Shown: positions 1 through 12,538, counted from the whole stretch's first letter. The stretch: 63,743 nucleotides of DNA, filler included, from Lama guanicoe (GCA_013239625.1; 202 parts of 202 records of this genome joined end to end with filler, not necessarily neighbours in it); one strand, 5' to 3'. Notes: generated by a model from the sequence alone, not told the origin. A program made the numbers and translations.

Positions 1-1264
1 AGCCATAATTAGCTTAAGAGGAAGGGCCCCTTATATCCTAATTCTGGCCAAGGGGTCATGAGATCTCTGCTAATTTTCTTCTCCATATAGCTTCCATGCA
101 ACAGGGATTCCAAGGGGTGCAGTTGAGAGGAAAAGGGAGTGTCCCTGAAGTGAAAGTGGCTGTGGCTGCTGCTGGGGCAGTCCCTCCTCCATTCTCCACT
201 CCCGTCCCAGAGTCCCNNNNNNNNNNNNNNNNNNNNNNNNNNNNNNNNNNNNNNNNNNNNTTAATTAATTAANNNNNNNNNNNNNNNNNNNNNNNNNNNN
301 NNNNNNNNNNNNNNNNGTTTTGATGAAGAGAAAAATTTTATCTATAACAGCAAATAATACAAAGACAATATAATCAATAATTTCTAAATTTATGGTCCTG
401 CCTATAAATTGTTACTGTAAGAAGCTCTGGAGAAAGAATAGTAGGAACTGCTGTAGTCCATAAGGAGATGGAACTGCAGCTAGGCTGGGAGTTAGAACAG
501 AAAAGAGAAAAGAGGGAGGTTAGGAGAACAGTNNNNNNNNNNNNNNNNNNNNNNNNNNNNNNNNNNNNNNNNNNNNTTAATTAATTAANNNNNNNNNNNN
601 NNNNNNNNNNNNNNNNNNNNNNNNNNNNNNNNGCCACCCCCCTTCCTGGCAAGAACGCAGCACCTGACCATGGTGCTGGGAGGGGGCGCCCACCTGTCTC
701 TCCCAAGCACAGCATCTGACTGTGGCATCGGGAGGGGCAGTGACCTGCCCGCCCACTGGGTAAGAGCTCAGCTCCTGACCCAGTGTTAGGAGGGGACGTA
801 ATCTAGCCAACAGCCACTGGGAGCAGCACAGACAAGGGCGCCAACAGANNNNNNNNNNNNNNNNNNNNNNNNNNNNNNNNNNNNNNNNNNNNTTAATTAA
901 TTAANNNNNNNNNNNNNNNNNNNNNNNNNNNNNNNNNNNNNNNNNNNNAAAATCTTAATAAATAAGACATTAAAATCAAACAAACCTACTTATAGACAGA
1001 TATTTTATTTCTAGCCATTTTGATTTTACAAACAATACTCTGATTCTTGTTGATAAAGTTCTGTGACATCCTCAAATTGTTCTTAAGCTCTCTTTCATAT
1101 TTTTAAAACTCTCTTTATCTTTCTGGGCTGCATTCTGAATAATTTTCTTTCTTATAGTTCACTANNNNNNNNNNNNNNNNNNNNNNNNNNNNNNNNNNNN
1201 NNNNNNNNTTAATTAATTAANNNNNNNNNNNNNNNNNNNNNNNNNNNNNNNNNNNNNNNNNNNN

Positions 1265-1480
1265 CTTCTGACTAAACCAAAACTCGGCGCAGGGGAGACC
1301 AACCGAACGGCCCCGAAGTGGCTAGCTTAGGCCTCTCAGCGACTACCCCAGCCGCACGCCAGAGAAAAGGCCACCGTCTCCGCGCCGCAGGCCGCTGAGC
1401 CCCCCCCCACCCCCTTTCCAGGCCTTCCCGGCGGCCGCCGCCCTTTAACCCCGGAAGTGGGCGGGAGAGGAAGCAGCTGG
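1265..1480. promoter_or_regulatory. CpG-island promoter-like fragment with ETS (GABP-type) site and GC box
   Basis: GC- and CpG-rich contig; CCGGAAGTG at 1451-1459 overlapping GGGCGGG. Confidence 0.6.
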
Positions 1481-2844
1481 NNNNNNNNNNNNNNNNNNNN
1501 NNNNNNNNNNNNNNNNNNNNNNNNTTAATTAATTAANNNNNNNNNNNNNNNNNNNNNNNNNNNNNNNNNNNNNNNNNNNNGTCCCTTCAGGGCTAAGAAA
1601 ATCCCAAGGACACTTAAGGTAACGTCTTCTTCCAGTTCTCTGTGTGCCTGGGTGTCCCCATCCTCTAGGGCTGATATTTGAAGTCTTGCATTTATCGGTG
1701 AGGGGTGTGTGCGTGTGCACTTGTGTGTGTGCGCGTGAGCTGGGGTGGGAGGTGGTGGTAATGGTTCTCCTTTTCTTTCGGAATTCATGTTTCATANNNN
1801 NNNNNNNNNNNNNNNNNNNNNNNNNNNNNNNNNNNNNNNNTTAATTAATTAANNNNNNNNNNNNNNNNNNNNNNNNNNNNNNNNNNNNNNNNNNNNCTAT
1901 TTGAAACTTCTCTGAGTTTAGAAATGAGAAGACATCAGGGACCCAAGTTGCTGCCTGCAATAATTCCTAATTTGGGGTGCAAAAAAGGAAGAAAGGAAAG
2001 GGAATTTGTGAAATTCTCCTGTGTTGGTTGAAATACTTCACACACACATCTATTTCATTTTCTGTCATACTTCTTCATTTGTATTAAATGAGTTTTGTCT
2101 CCAAATTTATGANNNNNNNNNNNNNNNNNNNNNNNNNNNNNNNNNNNNNNNNNNNNTTAATTAATTAANNNNNNNNNNNNNNNNNNNNNNNNNNNNNNNN
2201 NNNNNNNNNNNNCAGAAATTGCCTGATTTATTCAACCCTTTCACTGCTGTAGATAAGTAACATTAATTCCATTTTCATTGTCTATAATGTAGTTAGGACC
2301 AACGGACACAATATTTCACCTGACTTCCAGTTTACTTTTTTTAGGACCGTTTCCTTCAAGTGAAATTAGTGGAACTCTTTTTCCATACTGCCAGGGGACA
2401 ACACGTTACACGTTTATAACGAGAAAAANNNNNNNNNNNNNNNNNNNNNNNNNNNNNNNNNNNNNNNNNNNNTTAATTAATTAANNNNNNNNNNNNNNNN
2501 NNNNNNNNNNNNNNNNNNNNNNNNNNNNAAGATTGTTTATTGTATAGGAAGGTAAAATGATAGTGCTAGTAGCACAGGGCGCCATGGAAAGTAGTCTAAA
2601 GATTGTCACCAGGCTTTATACAAGCAACACCACATGCTGCTGTTTAGAATCGGGGGACACAGCTTCTAATGTTAAGCAGTCCTTTATCTTTTTAATGTTA
2701 TACAGTGTTATAGTAATTAGTTTGGCAAATGTTTCAAAATAAAGNNNNNNNNNNNNNNNNNNNNNNNNNNNNNNNNNNNNNNNNNNNNTTAATTAATTAA
2801 NNNNNNNNNNNNNNNNNNNNNNNNNNNNNNNNNNNNNNNNNNNN

Positions 2845-3060
2845 TACACAAAAATTAACTCAAAATGGATTAAAGACTTGAATGTAAGACCTGCAACCAC
2901 AAAATGCCTAGAAGAAAACATAAGTGGTAAGTTCTTTCAATCAATCTTGGAGATGATTTTTTGGATCTGACTCCTAAAGCAAAGGCAACAAAAGCAAAAA
3001 TAAACAAGTGAGACTACATCAAACCAAAAAGCTTCTGCACAGCAAAGGAAACCATCAACA
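2845..3060 (+). mobile_element. LINE-1 ORF2 C-terminal fragment (degenerate)
   Basis: Translates [16 protein letters not shown]...LEENI, followed by the typical L1 sequence aaaagcttctgcacagcaaaggaaaccatcaaca. Confidence 0.92.
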
Positions 3061-3160
3061 NNNNNNNNNNNNNNNNNNNNNNNNNNNNNNNNNNNNNNNN
3101 NNNNTTAATTAATTAANNNNNNNNNNNNNNNNNNNNNNNNNNNNNNNNNNNNNNNNNNNN

Positions 3161-3376
3161 CAAATTGTCCTTCATAATGGGGGTGGTCCTCATCCAATTT
3201 TCTGAGGCCCTTAGGAGAAAAGACTGAGGACCCCCAAGGAAGAAGGGATTCTGCCCCCTGACTGCTTTCATGCTTGAGCAGCAAAGTCAGCTCTGTCTTG
3301 GATCCCCAGTCTGCCAGCCTGCTCTGCAAACTACAAACTTGCCAGCATCCATAATCACATGAGCCAATTCCTTAAA
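3161..3376 (+). mobile_element. ERVL LTR fragment (MLT2-like)
   Basis: Characteristic motifs ggtggtcctcatccaat..gaggcccttaggagaaaagactgagg and cttgccagcatccataatcacatgagccaattccttaaa. Confidence 0.75.
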
Positions 3377-4424
3377 NNNNNNNNNNNNNNNNNNNNNNNN
3401 NNNNNNNNNNNNNNNNNNNNTTAATTAATTAANNNNNNNNNNNNNNNNNNNNNNNNNNNNNNNNNNNNNNNNNNNNTATTGTGAAGTGGTCAATCACACA
3501 GTAAGCTTGGTCGCCTCCATCACCTCTCATAATGACCAGAGCTCACTCATTCTTTACGGCAGGACTCTTGCTCCCCTCAAAGCTGTCTGTGGCACTGAAG
3601 TCCTGGTGAGTTTCCTTTCCATAGCCGTGATCCCAGTGCAAAATGAGCTACTAGTACACTTTTATGATGCTATTTCCGGTTTTAGTTAAGGCNNNNNNNN
3701 NNNNNNNNNNNNNNNNNNNNNNNNNNNNNNNNNNNNTTAATTAATTAANNNNNNNNNNNNNNNNNNNNNNNNNNNNNNNNNNNNNNNNNNNNTTGCTCCA
3801 CAAAGACAAACGAGCAGCTGGGTCTTGGCTCGGAGCAGGGAGAGGCTGCCCCTCGGTCTTCCCCGAGCCCACCCGCTAAGTGCAACGAGGGCGGAGCGCT
3901 GGCCAGGGCAGAGCTCAGGCGCAGAGCGCGCAGCCGCACAGAGCAGCGGAGCTACCGAAGGCGCAGGCAGGGGGAGAGCAGCCCCCCCGCCTGTCGGGCA
4001 GGAACACANNNNNNNNNNNNNNNNNNNNNNNNNNNNNNNNNNNNNNNNNNNNTTAATTAATTAANNNNNNNNNNNNNNNNNNNNNNNNNNNNNNNNNNNN
4101 NNNNNNNNATAAGAAAGTATAGTTAATATAATTGGCCCCATGATAATTGGATAGCAAGGAGACAAATACAGAATCTGAGATAAAAGAGTTAGAACAAGAA
4201 CATGCGTCTAATAGTCCCTAATAATAACTGTTTTCCTTTTTTTCATAGGTGATTATAGTTCTAATGAGGTGCAGCTATCCCTACATCTCACTGGCAGAGG
4301 CTGATGAAGTGGGCCCATTAGGGANNNNNNNNNNNNNNNNNNNNNNNNNNNNNNNNNNNNNNNNNNNNTTAATTAATTAANNNNNNNNNNNNNNNNNNNN
4401 NNNNNNNNNNNNNNNNNNNNNNNN

Positions 4425-4528
4425 GATGTACTTGGCAACACTGTGCTCCACTATGCTGCATCCTCAACACAACATGTATTGCGGCGAAGCTTCTATCCCA
4501 TGCCGCAGACATAGACGTGAAAAACAAG
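4425..4528 (+). pseudogene. Ankyrin-repeat exon fragment of the ANKRD26/ANKRD7/POTE family with a 1-bp frameshift
   Basis: DVLGNTVLHYAA in one frame, then LNTTCIAAKLLSHAADIDVKNK in a shifted frame, ending at a phase-0 donor AAG|GTATAG (GT 4529-4530). Matches the D..GNT.LHYA.....A.KLL...A.I...NK exon of ANKRD26-like genes. Confidence 0.75.
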
Positions 4529-5056
4529 GTATAGCTCCACTCGCTTTCTTTACAAAATATTTGAAATACAGGTTCTTTTTTTAGCCACAGGTATTTTATT
4601 TCTAATAAATGTACCAAATAGGCTACATCAGGCCCTGTTANNNNNNNNNNNNNNNNNNNNNNNNNNNNNNNNNNNNNNNNNNNNTTAATTAATTAANNNN
4701 NNNNNNNNNNNNNNNNNNNNNNNNNNNNNNNNNNNNNNNNGCCCTTTTAATTCTAGTTGAGCAAGCTGGAACTCCAAATTCTATTTGGACCAAGTTTAAT
4801 TAGCTTTCCAACCAACCCAATTTTTGAATTCTAGTCTTAATTTTAAGTGTTACTATGACTTCAAAAAAGCTTTTCTGAAGTAGTGGGTTTTGATTGAGTT
4901 GACTATTTTTAAAAACCTCTTTGTACTTGAATTATGATGGAGAAGTTACAGTAACANNNNNNNNNNNNNNNNNNNNNNNNNNNNNNNNNNNNNNNNNNNN
5001 TTAATTAATTAANNNNNNNNNNNNNNNNNNNNNNNNNNNNNNNNNNNNNNNNNNNN

Positions 5057-5272
5057 ATTGAGATGACCGTATGGTTTTTATTCTTCAATTTGTTAGTGTA
5101 GTGTAGTGTTAGTGAGTTGCAGACACTGAAAAATCCTTGCATCTTTGGGATAAATCCTACTTGATCATGGTGTATGATCCTTTTAATACATCGTTGGAGT
5201 TGATTTGCTTGTATTTTGTTCATGATTTTTTGAATCTACATTCATAAGTGATACTGGCCTGTAATTTTCTTT
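5057..5272 (-). mobile_element. LINE-1 ORF2 reverse-transcriptase fragment
   Basis: ORF track [31 protein letters not shown], the classic L1 [14 protein letters not shown] motif. Confidence 0.95.
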
Positions 5273-5372
5273 NNNNNNNNNNNNNNNNNNNNNNNNNNNN
5301 NNNNNNNNNNNNNNNNTTAATTAATTAANNNNNNNNNNNNNNNNNNNNNNNNNNNNNNNNNNNNNNNNNNNN

Positions 5373-5588
5373 TTTTTTGGATGCAATTTAAAAAGGGATT
5401 ATTACTTTCATAAAAGAAATGCCACTGATCTCTGTGTCGCTGTTGTGTCCTGCTACCTTGACAGGTAGTAGCTCTAGTAGCTTCTGTGTGGAGCCTTTAG
5501 GGTTTCCTGAATATATAATACTATGCCGTCTGCATATAATGACAGTTTTATCTCTTCTTTTCCAATTTGGATCCCTTTTATTTCTTTT
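5373..5588 (-). mobile_element. LINE-1 ORF2 RT fragment (degenerate)
   Basis: Minus strand reads [21 protein letters not shown], the L1 RT catalytic region. Confidence 0.88.
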
Positions 5589-5744
5589 NNNNNNNNNNNN
5601 NNNNNNNNNNNNNNNNNNNNNNNNNNNNNNNNTTAATTAATTAANNNNNNNNNNNNNNNNNNNNNNNNNNNNNNNNNNNNNNNNNNNNTTTAAAATAGTC
5701 TCTTTCTACTGCCAAGTGGGTTCTCAGCCTGCTTCTGGCTACTT

Positions 5745-5904
5745 CATTTTTCTTATTCAAGTGTAGTTGATTTACAGTATTGTTTTAGTTTCACGTATAT
5801 AGCAAAGTGATTCCGTTATACACACATACACACACATATATATATACACACATACATATATTTCAGATTATTTTCCATTATAGGTTATTACAAGATACTG
5901 AATA
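5745..5904 (-). mobile_element. LINE-1 3' end/3' UTR
   Basis: gtgtagttgatttacagtattg...tatatagcaaagtgattc...ttccattataggttattacaagatactgaata is a typical laurasiatherian L1 3' terminus; boundaries approximate. Confidence 0.75.
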
Positions 5905-6004
5905 NNNNNNNNNNNNNNNNNNNNNNNNNNNNNNNNNNNNNNNNNNNNTTAATTAATTAANNNNNNNNNNNNNNNNNNNNNNNNNNNNNNNNNNNNNNNN
6001 NNNN

Positions 6005-6218
6005 GTGTGAAGCCGTCCTTCACCTAGCTTGAAGGGAACACAAAGTTTCTTATGAGTTGCAATCTCCACTCCATACATATATATGGGGAAGTACAATCTC
6101 CAACTCGGGTTTATAGTGAAAACGCCAGGCACTTCAAACCGTAACTAGGAATCAGACTGAGAAACCAGAGTAAGTGTTTATCCTGTAACTCGTTCCCTAT
6201 GTGCTGGATGAACGAACG
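6005..6218. repeat. Satellite-like monomer fragment (~247-bp family), copy 1
   Basis: About 80% identical by eye to the reverse complement of 16115-16329 and homologous to 39498-39713. Confidence 0.8.
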
Positions 6219-6991
6219 NNNNNNNNNNNNNNNNNNNNNNNNNNNNNNNNNNNNNNNNNNNNTTAATTAATTAANNNNNNNNNNNNNNNNNNNNNNNNNN
6301 NNNNNNNNNNNNNNNNNNAGGGAGGAAATGGAGCGCCTCTTACACGCCCCGCACAACTCTCCAGGCATGCGGACCTTCCTTGTCTTCCCTGAACGGGATG
6401 TCCTCTCTGTCTGATCTGACTTTTGTGAGGCCTTTTGACGTCCTAGTCTCGGTAGGTCCGCCAAAGCTCCTGGACACGTGAGACGTCTGCCGTCCCATTT
6501 TCATCGCTGTGTCCCCAGCTCTGCAGGGGAACTGNNNNNNNNNNNNNNNNNNNNNNNNNNNNNNNNNNNNNNNNNNNNTTAATTAATTAANNNNNNNNNN
6601 NNNNNNNNNNNNNNNNNNNNNNNNNNNNNNNNNNGAGTTCACGTGGAGTCTGCCTAGGGAGATTGTTAGGGAACAGGAAAGATCAGAGGCAGAAAGGGAC
6701 CGACTGCAGTCTTCCGGGGAGAAGTCGGATTCCTTCCTCGCCCCGTGACTGTTAACCACGCTCTGTCTTGAGCCCGGGGCCTCTGCATTTGCTAGGGCAC
6801 CAGAAGATTTAGGCAGAGAACGAGGGAACCCCTGGTCTGATGGCGGAGTCNNNNNNNNNNNNNNNNNNNNNNNNNNNNNNNNNNNNNNNNNNNNTTAATT
6901 AATTAANNNNNNNNNNNNNNNNNNNNNNNNNNNNNNNNNNNNNNNNNNNNAGCTAATTCCACTGAAGAATACTTTTAAAATTACAATAGTA

Positions 6992-7075
6992 GGGCAGGGC
7001 TATATCTTAGTTATAGAGTATGTGCTTAGCATGTACAAGGTCCTGGGTTCAATCTTCAATACTTCCAATAAAAAA
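6992..7075 (+). mobile_element. tRNA-derived SINE, camelid Vic-1-like
   Basis: gggcagggctatatcttagttatagagtatgtgcttagcatgtacaaggtcctgggttcaatcttcaatacttccaataaaaaa has a degenerate A box, a B box (GGTTCAATC) and an A tail. Flanks resemble a target-site duplication (ttacaatagta / ttacaatgaca). Confidence 0.75.
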
Positions 7076-9478
7076 TGGTTACAATGACAATATTATGTTA
7101 TATATATATAATCTCAATAAAAATATTTAAAAATAAATTAGCTACATTTATGTTTAAATTAGAATANNNNNNNNNNNNNNNNNNNNNNNNNNNNNNNNNN
7201 NNNNNNNNNNTTAATTAATTAANNNNNNNNNNNNNNNNNNNNNNNNNNNNNNNNNNNNNNNNNNNNCCAGTTTAGAATTTACACGTGTTTCTCCTTGACA
7301 CCACCAAAAGTAATTGATTCTATGGCTATTGTGCCTGCCATTATTTTGACTGTATTCAACGGAAGTGTGTTCATTTTGTGATATGTCATGTGATTTCACG
7401 TACATAATAGAAAAATACATTTAAAAAGTTTTCTTTTTAAAGCATGAGTTCCCTTTGTAGGCCAGAAAGTAGGTTATCTGTANNNNNNNNNNNNNNNNNN
7501 NNNNNNNNNNNNNNNNNNNNNNNNNNTTAATTAATTAANNNNNNNNNNNNNNNNNNNNNNNNNNNNNNNNNNNNNNNNNNNNGGAGTTATGGTGAGTGCA
7601 AGGTCCACAGGTTTAACAGTGACACTGGGCCGCTGCAGAGACTGAGCTTGATCCTGGCCTGGAGGAGAAGCTGCTGTCACATCAGGCTCTTGAGAATGAG
7701 CTGAAGAGGGCTCAGCCTCAGCAGGAGACTCTGGACGCTGACCTGTGCTTTCCTGCTGGGTTGTGGAAGGCTCTATCTCTGCTGGAGACTGAGCTGGGNN
7801 NNNNNNNNNNNNNNNNNNNNNNNNNNNNNNNNNNNNNNNNNNTTAATTAATTAANNNNNNNNNNNNNNNNNNNNNNNNNNNNNNNNNNNNNNNNNNNNCC
7901 CACCAGTTAAAACTCACAGTGTTCGAGGGGCAACTGTAATAATGATTTTTATTTGATTTAACAACTCCTTTTAACTACCATCCTCTTTTTTTCTTTTCCA
8001 TCAATGACCCTATTTGCCTTTTTCTTGACCCAGGCTAATTTGAGGGCTACTTCTTGGCTGCTTTATAATCCAGTGCAAATTTTAATCTTTTATTTCCCTG
8101 AACTGCCATCATCANNNNNNNNNNNNNNNNNNNNNNNNNNNNNNNNNNNNNNNNNNNNTTAATTAATTAANNNNNNNNNNNNNNNNNNNNNNNNNNNNNN
8201 NNNNNNNNNNNNNNGATTTTCTAAGAATTCTGAATTATGTTTTATATCAAAATCTGATTTTTTTGAATGGTACTTTTAAAGTTTTGCTTATTTGTAATAT
8301 GCCTTTCAGTAAAATTGAGGCCGTGTATTGAGGTCTCCTGAAAGGCAGTGTAGAAGCTCGTGAAAATTTTGAAGTAGGTGTTCATGCTTCACATCTGTGG
8401 AAATTGTATTTAAATTTAGCATTAAAGATCNNNNNNNNNNNNNNNNNNNNNNNNNNNNNNNNNNNNNNNNNNNNTTAATTAATTAANNNNNNNNNNNNNN
8501 NNNNNNNNNNNNNNNNNNNNNNNNNNNNNNAGGCGAAATCTCTGGCCCTCAGGTTTACCACCTGTAAAAGGAGGGCTGGGTGGATCTTTGGTTTCTGACT
8601 TGACTCTGGGCTCTCAGGGGCCACTTTTGGGGTCATTCTCAAGCCCACAGGCCTCCAGGCCCATCTTTTCTAATTCACCCAGACCACTCATCACTAATCA
8701 CTCACCACTCACCCCTTTCACTCATCAGGGTCCGCAGAAGACTCCCNNNNNNNNNNNNNNNNNNNNNNNNNNNNNNNNNNNNNNNNNNNNTTAATTAATT
8801 AANNNNNNNNNNNNNNNNNNNNNNNNNNNNNNNNNNNNNNNNNNNNTTCTGCCTCTTTCATTCTGCCATTGAGTCGGATTCACTCAGTTTTTTTTTATTT
8901 CAGTTAACTGTGTTTTTGAGTTCTAAAATCTCCATTTGGTTCTTTTTTTATATTTTATATTTTATATTTCTTTGCTGAGGCTTTTTATTTATTCCTTTCT
9001 TTCAGAAGTGTTTATATATGCTCACTGAAGCATTTTTATCATGGATTGTAAATGATGAATATNNNNNNNNNNNNNNNNNNNNNNNNNNNNNNNNNNNNNN
9101 NNNNNNTTAATTAATTAANNNNNNNNNNNNNNNNNNNNNNNNNNNNNNNNNNNNNNNNNNNNTTAGGGACCTAAAACAATTTTACTAGGCAAACCAATTT
9201 GCACTTGAGGAAACTTAGACCCAGAAATAATAAACAACTTGCAAAGATGATATAGCTAAATAATGAACCAAGGATAGAAGGCCTGACATGCTAATATCAA
9301 AGCCTGGTCCTTATTTTTAACGTTTACATCATGCAATTTGCAGCTATATCATTGCTATATCTATTGTTTTGCATTTGTNNNNNNNNNNNNNNNNNNNNNN
9401 NNNNNNNNNNNNNNNNNNNNNNTTAATTAATTAANNNNNNNNNNNNNNNNNNNNNNNNNNNNNNNNNNNNNNNNNNNN

Positions 9479-9694
9479 TCACCTGTTGCCTATTCTGTTT
9501 TACTCCCAACTGGCGTACTGCAGTTCATTTATGGCACTAGCCATCTGGAATTAGCGCAGACCCCACAAGTTAAGGGTTCAGTCCTCCACAAGACTCCCCC
9601 ACTGAAAATGCCAGGGCAAGTCCAGGGTTTCCTCAGGCCACTCAGACTTCTGATGGACTCCCTACAAATTCAAGGGTTCTCTCAACACCCTCAA
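9479..9694. mobile_element. ERV LTR fragment (MER21-like)
   Basis: ttagcgcagaccccacaagttaagggttcagtcctccacaagactcccccact...caaattcaagggttc matches the MER21 pattern. Confidence 0.65.
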
Positions 9695-10742
9695 NNNNNN
9701 NNNNNNNNNNNNNNNNNNNNNNNNNNNNNNNNNNNNNNTTAATTAATTAANNNNNNNNNNNNNNNNNNNNNNNNNNNNNNNNNNNNNNNNNNNNTTGTCG
9801 AGGTGATTATGGGTACCTGCATAGGAACGCGGTCACAGCTGTGGCTGCTTCATACATCTTGCTGCCCATCACGTTCCCCAGCTCTGTGATCACAGTAGAG
9901 TGGTTTCTTGTTGACCTGACCATCTCCTCTGTGACATCATAACCCATCAAGGACCAGAGCGTATTAACTTGGCTTTGTTCTTTACCATCCTCCTCTTTGA
10001 ATGATGATGANNNNNNNNNNNNNNNNNNNNNNNNNNNNNNNNNNNNNNNNNNNNTTAATTAATTAANNNNNNNNNNNNNNNNNNNNNNNNNNNNNNNNNN
10101 NNNNNNNNNNAACATATCTATATACAGAATATGCACAGTTATGATAATAAAAGTGATATATTTATAAGAAACAGGATTGTCTGTAAAATGATTTAAGCAA
10201 CTTGATTTCTTTGTCTTTCCTAACTTGTAAATCAGTGAAATGACTAGCAATACCTGAATCAATTAACAGAACATGTATTAAATGCCTGCTGATAGGCACA
10301 CAGAGCAAAATTAATTCCGAGTGATCNNNNNNNNNNNNNNNNNNNNNNNNNNNNNNNNNNNNNNNNNNNNTTAATTAATTAANNNNNNNNNNNNNNNNNN
10401 NNNNNNNNNNNNNNNNNNNNNNNNNNGATAAAACAAAATAGGAATCAAAATTAAAGAGTCCTACATAAAATAAAAAAATTATTTAGCAACAAGAGCTTAC
10501 ACTGCTCGGTAAGTGTTTTACTCTCCTCATCGAGATGACTGAAGATTTCAGAGCTAGGCTTCTGTCAATTTTCTATCTCTCAATCTCAGAAGGCTTTTGT
10601 TTCTTGACTCCTCCTTCCTTCCTTCCACTCTGTGAAGAAAAANNNNNNNNNNNNNNNNNNNNNNNNNNNNNNNNNNNNNNNNNNNNTTAATTAATTAANN
10701 NNNNNNNNNNNNNNNNNNNNNNNNNNNNNNNNNNNNNNNNNN

Positions 10743-10958
10743 ACCATAAATTTGTTTTCTATGTCTGTGAGTCTGTTTCTGTTTTGTAGATTAGTTTTTT
10801 TTTTTTTAAGATTCCACATATAAGTGATACCATATTGTATTTTTTTCTCTTTTTGGCTTCCTTCATTTAGAATGACATTCGCCAGTCCGTTCATGCTGCT
10901 GCAGATGACATTATTTTTTATGACTGAGTAGTATTCCATTGTGTAAATATACCACATC
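10743..10958 (-). mobile_element. LINE-1 ORF2 end/3' UTR
   Basis: Minus-strand MWYIYTMEYYS motif marking the L1 ORF2 C-terminus. Confidence 0.93.
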
Positions 10959-11374
10959 NNNNNNNNNNNNNNNNNNNNNNNNNNNNNNNNNNNNNNNNNN
11001 NNTTAATTAATTAANNNNNNNNNNNNNNNNNNNNNNNNNNNNNNNNNNNNNNNNNNNNTGGCAAATATAGACACATTTAAATTTTGATTGTAGCATGGCA
11101 GTCTTGGGGTAAGTGCTACCTGGGTCTGGTGTCCAAGAGAGCCAGTAGAATCTGAGAAAGATCATAGCACGCAGATTAAAATAAAATAAATTGTTTGCAT
11201 GACATTTGTTTAACAAATATTTTAGAGTACCTACTATATGTCAATATCTACTGTTTGTCACTGTCCTAGTGAATNNNNNNNNNNNNNNNNNNNNNNNNNN
11301 NNNNNNNNNNNNNNNNNNTTAATTAATTAANNNNNNNNNNNNNNNNNNNNNNNNNNNNNNNNNNNNNNNNNNNN

Positions 11375-11590
11375 CCGCATCATCTCCCCAAGTCCGCATC
11401 TACTGCCCAAGCCCACATCATCTACCCAAGAACAATCATCTCCCCGAGCCCGCATCATCTAGCCCAGGCCCTGATCATCTCCCCATGCCTGCATCATCTC
11501 CCCAAGCCTGCATCATCTCCCTAAGCCCAATCATCTCCCCTAGCCCACATCATCTCCACAAGCCCGCATCATCTCCCTAAGCCCAATCAT
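11375..11590. repeat. Minisatellite, 18-19 bp unit (consensus CCGCATCATCTCCCCAAGC), ~11 copies, fills the contig
   Basis: Direct tandem units such as ctgcatcatctccccaagc, ctgcatcatctccctaagc and ccaatcatctcccctagc. Confidence 0.92.
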
Positions 11591-11690
11591 NNNNNNNNNN
11601 NNNNNNNNNNNNNNNNNNNNNNNNNNNNNNNNNNTTAATTAATTAANNNNNNNNNNNNNNNNNNNNNNNNNNNNNNNNNNNNNNNNNNNN

Positions 11691-11906
11691 ATGCCTTGAA
11701 TTTTATGGTCATTTTAACAATATTAATTCTTCCAATCCAAGGACATGGTGTATCTTCCTACCTGTGTCATCTTCAGTTTCTTTCATCACATCTTACAGGC
11801 TTTGGAGTGCAGGTCTTTTACCTCCTGAGGCAGGCTTATTCCTAGGTGTTGTATTCTTTTTTGATGTGATGGTAAATGGGATTGTTTCCTCAATTTCTTT
11901 TTCTGA
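11691..11906 (-). mobile_element. LINE-1 ORF2 fragment
   Basis: atggtcattttaacaatattaattcttccaatccaaggacatgg is the antisense of the L1 WIGRINIVKM region. Confidence 0.9.
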
Positions 11907-12322
11907 NNNNNNNNNNNNNNNNNNNNNNNNNNNNNNNNNNNNNNNNNNNNTTAATTAATTAANNNNNNNNNNNNNNNNNNNNNNNNNNNNNNNNNNNNNN
12001 NNNNNNATTCAGGTCCCTGGCTCTCAGTGTCCCCAGTGTGCCATTTCTTGATCTCCCTTGGAAAACAAGTCTCTGATTCCTGTCCCTGTGGGGACTTCTG
12101 AGCTGCTTCTGCCCAGGGTTCTCACAGGGTCTGGAGTCCCCCAGATTGCTTCCTCCTGGTGGGGAGAGGTGTCTTCTGGGGCCTTCTTACTCATGTGTGA
12201 TTGCTCCCTTCAGACAGTGTCTNNNNNNNNNNNNNNNNNNNNNNNNNNNNNNNNNNNNNNNNNNNNTTAATTAATTAANNNNNNNNNNNNNNNNNNNNNN
12301 NNNNNNNNNNNNNNNNNNNNNN

Positions 12323-12538
12323 CAGTTATATATGAACATATATATATTCATTGTCACATACTTTTTCACTGTGCGCTACCACAGATCTTGTATATATTTC
12401 CCTGTGCTACACAGCATAGTCTTGTTTATCTATTCTGCCTATGCCTGTCAGTATCTACAAATTTTGGACTCCCAGTCTGTCGCTTCCCTCCCCCCTCCCC
12501 CCGGCAACCACAAGTTTGTATTCTATGTCTATGAGTCT
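12323..12538 (-). mobile_element. LINE-1 3' UTR fragment
   Basis: tatttccctgtgctacacagca...ccccggcaaccacaagtttgtattctatgtctatgagtct is a typical antisense L1 3' UTR. Confidence 0.85.

Noticed and set aside
261..272. TTAA as a piggyBac target site, PacI site or homeodomain-binding motif
   Set aside because: It is always centred in 88 N, so it has no biological sequence context.
3793..4008. GC-rich ORFs in CpG-rich contigs (also 48662-48877)
   Set aside because: Open frames are expected at high GC; no recognisable protein or diagnostic promoter motif set.
6992..7075. Functional tRNA gene
   Set aside because: Degenerate stems, an A-rich tail and a TSD-like flank indicate a tRNA-derived SINE.
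10495..10642. Minus-strand exon after a strong ttttttcttcacag acceptor
   Set aside because: Stops occur in all three frames before the candidate donor.
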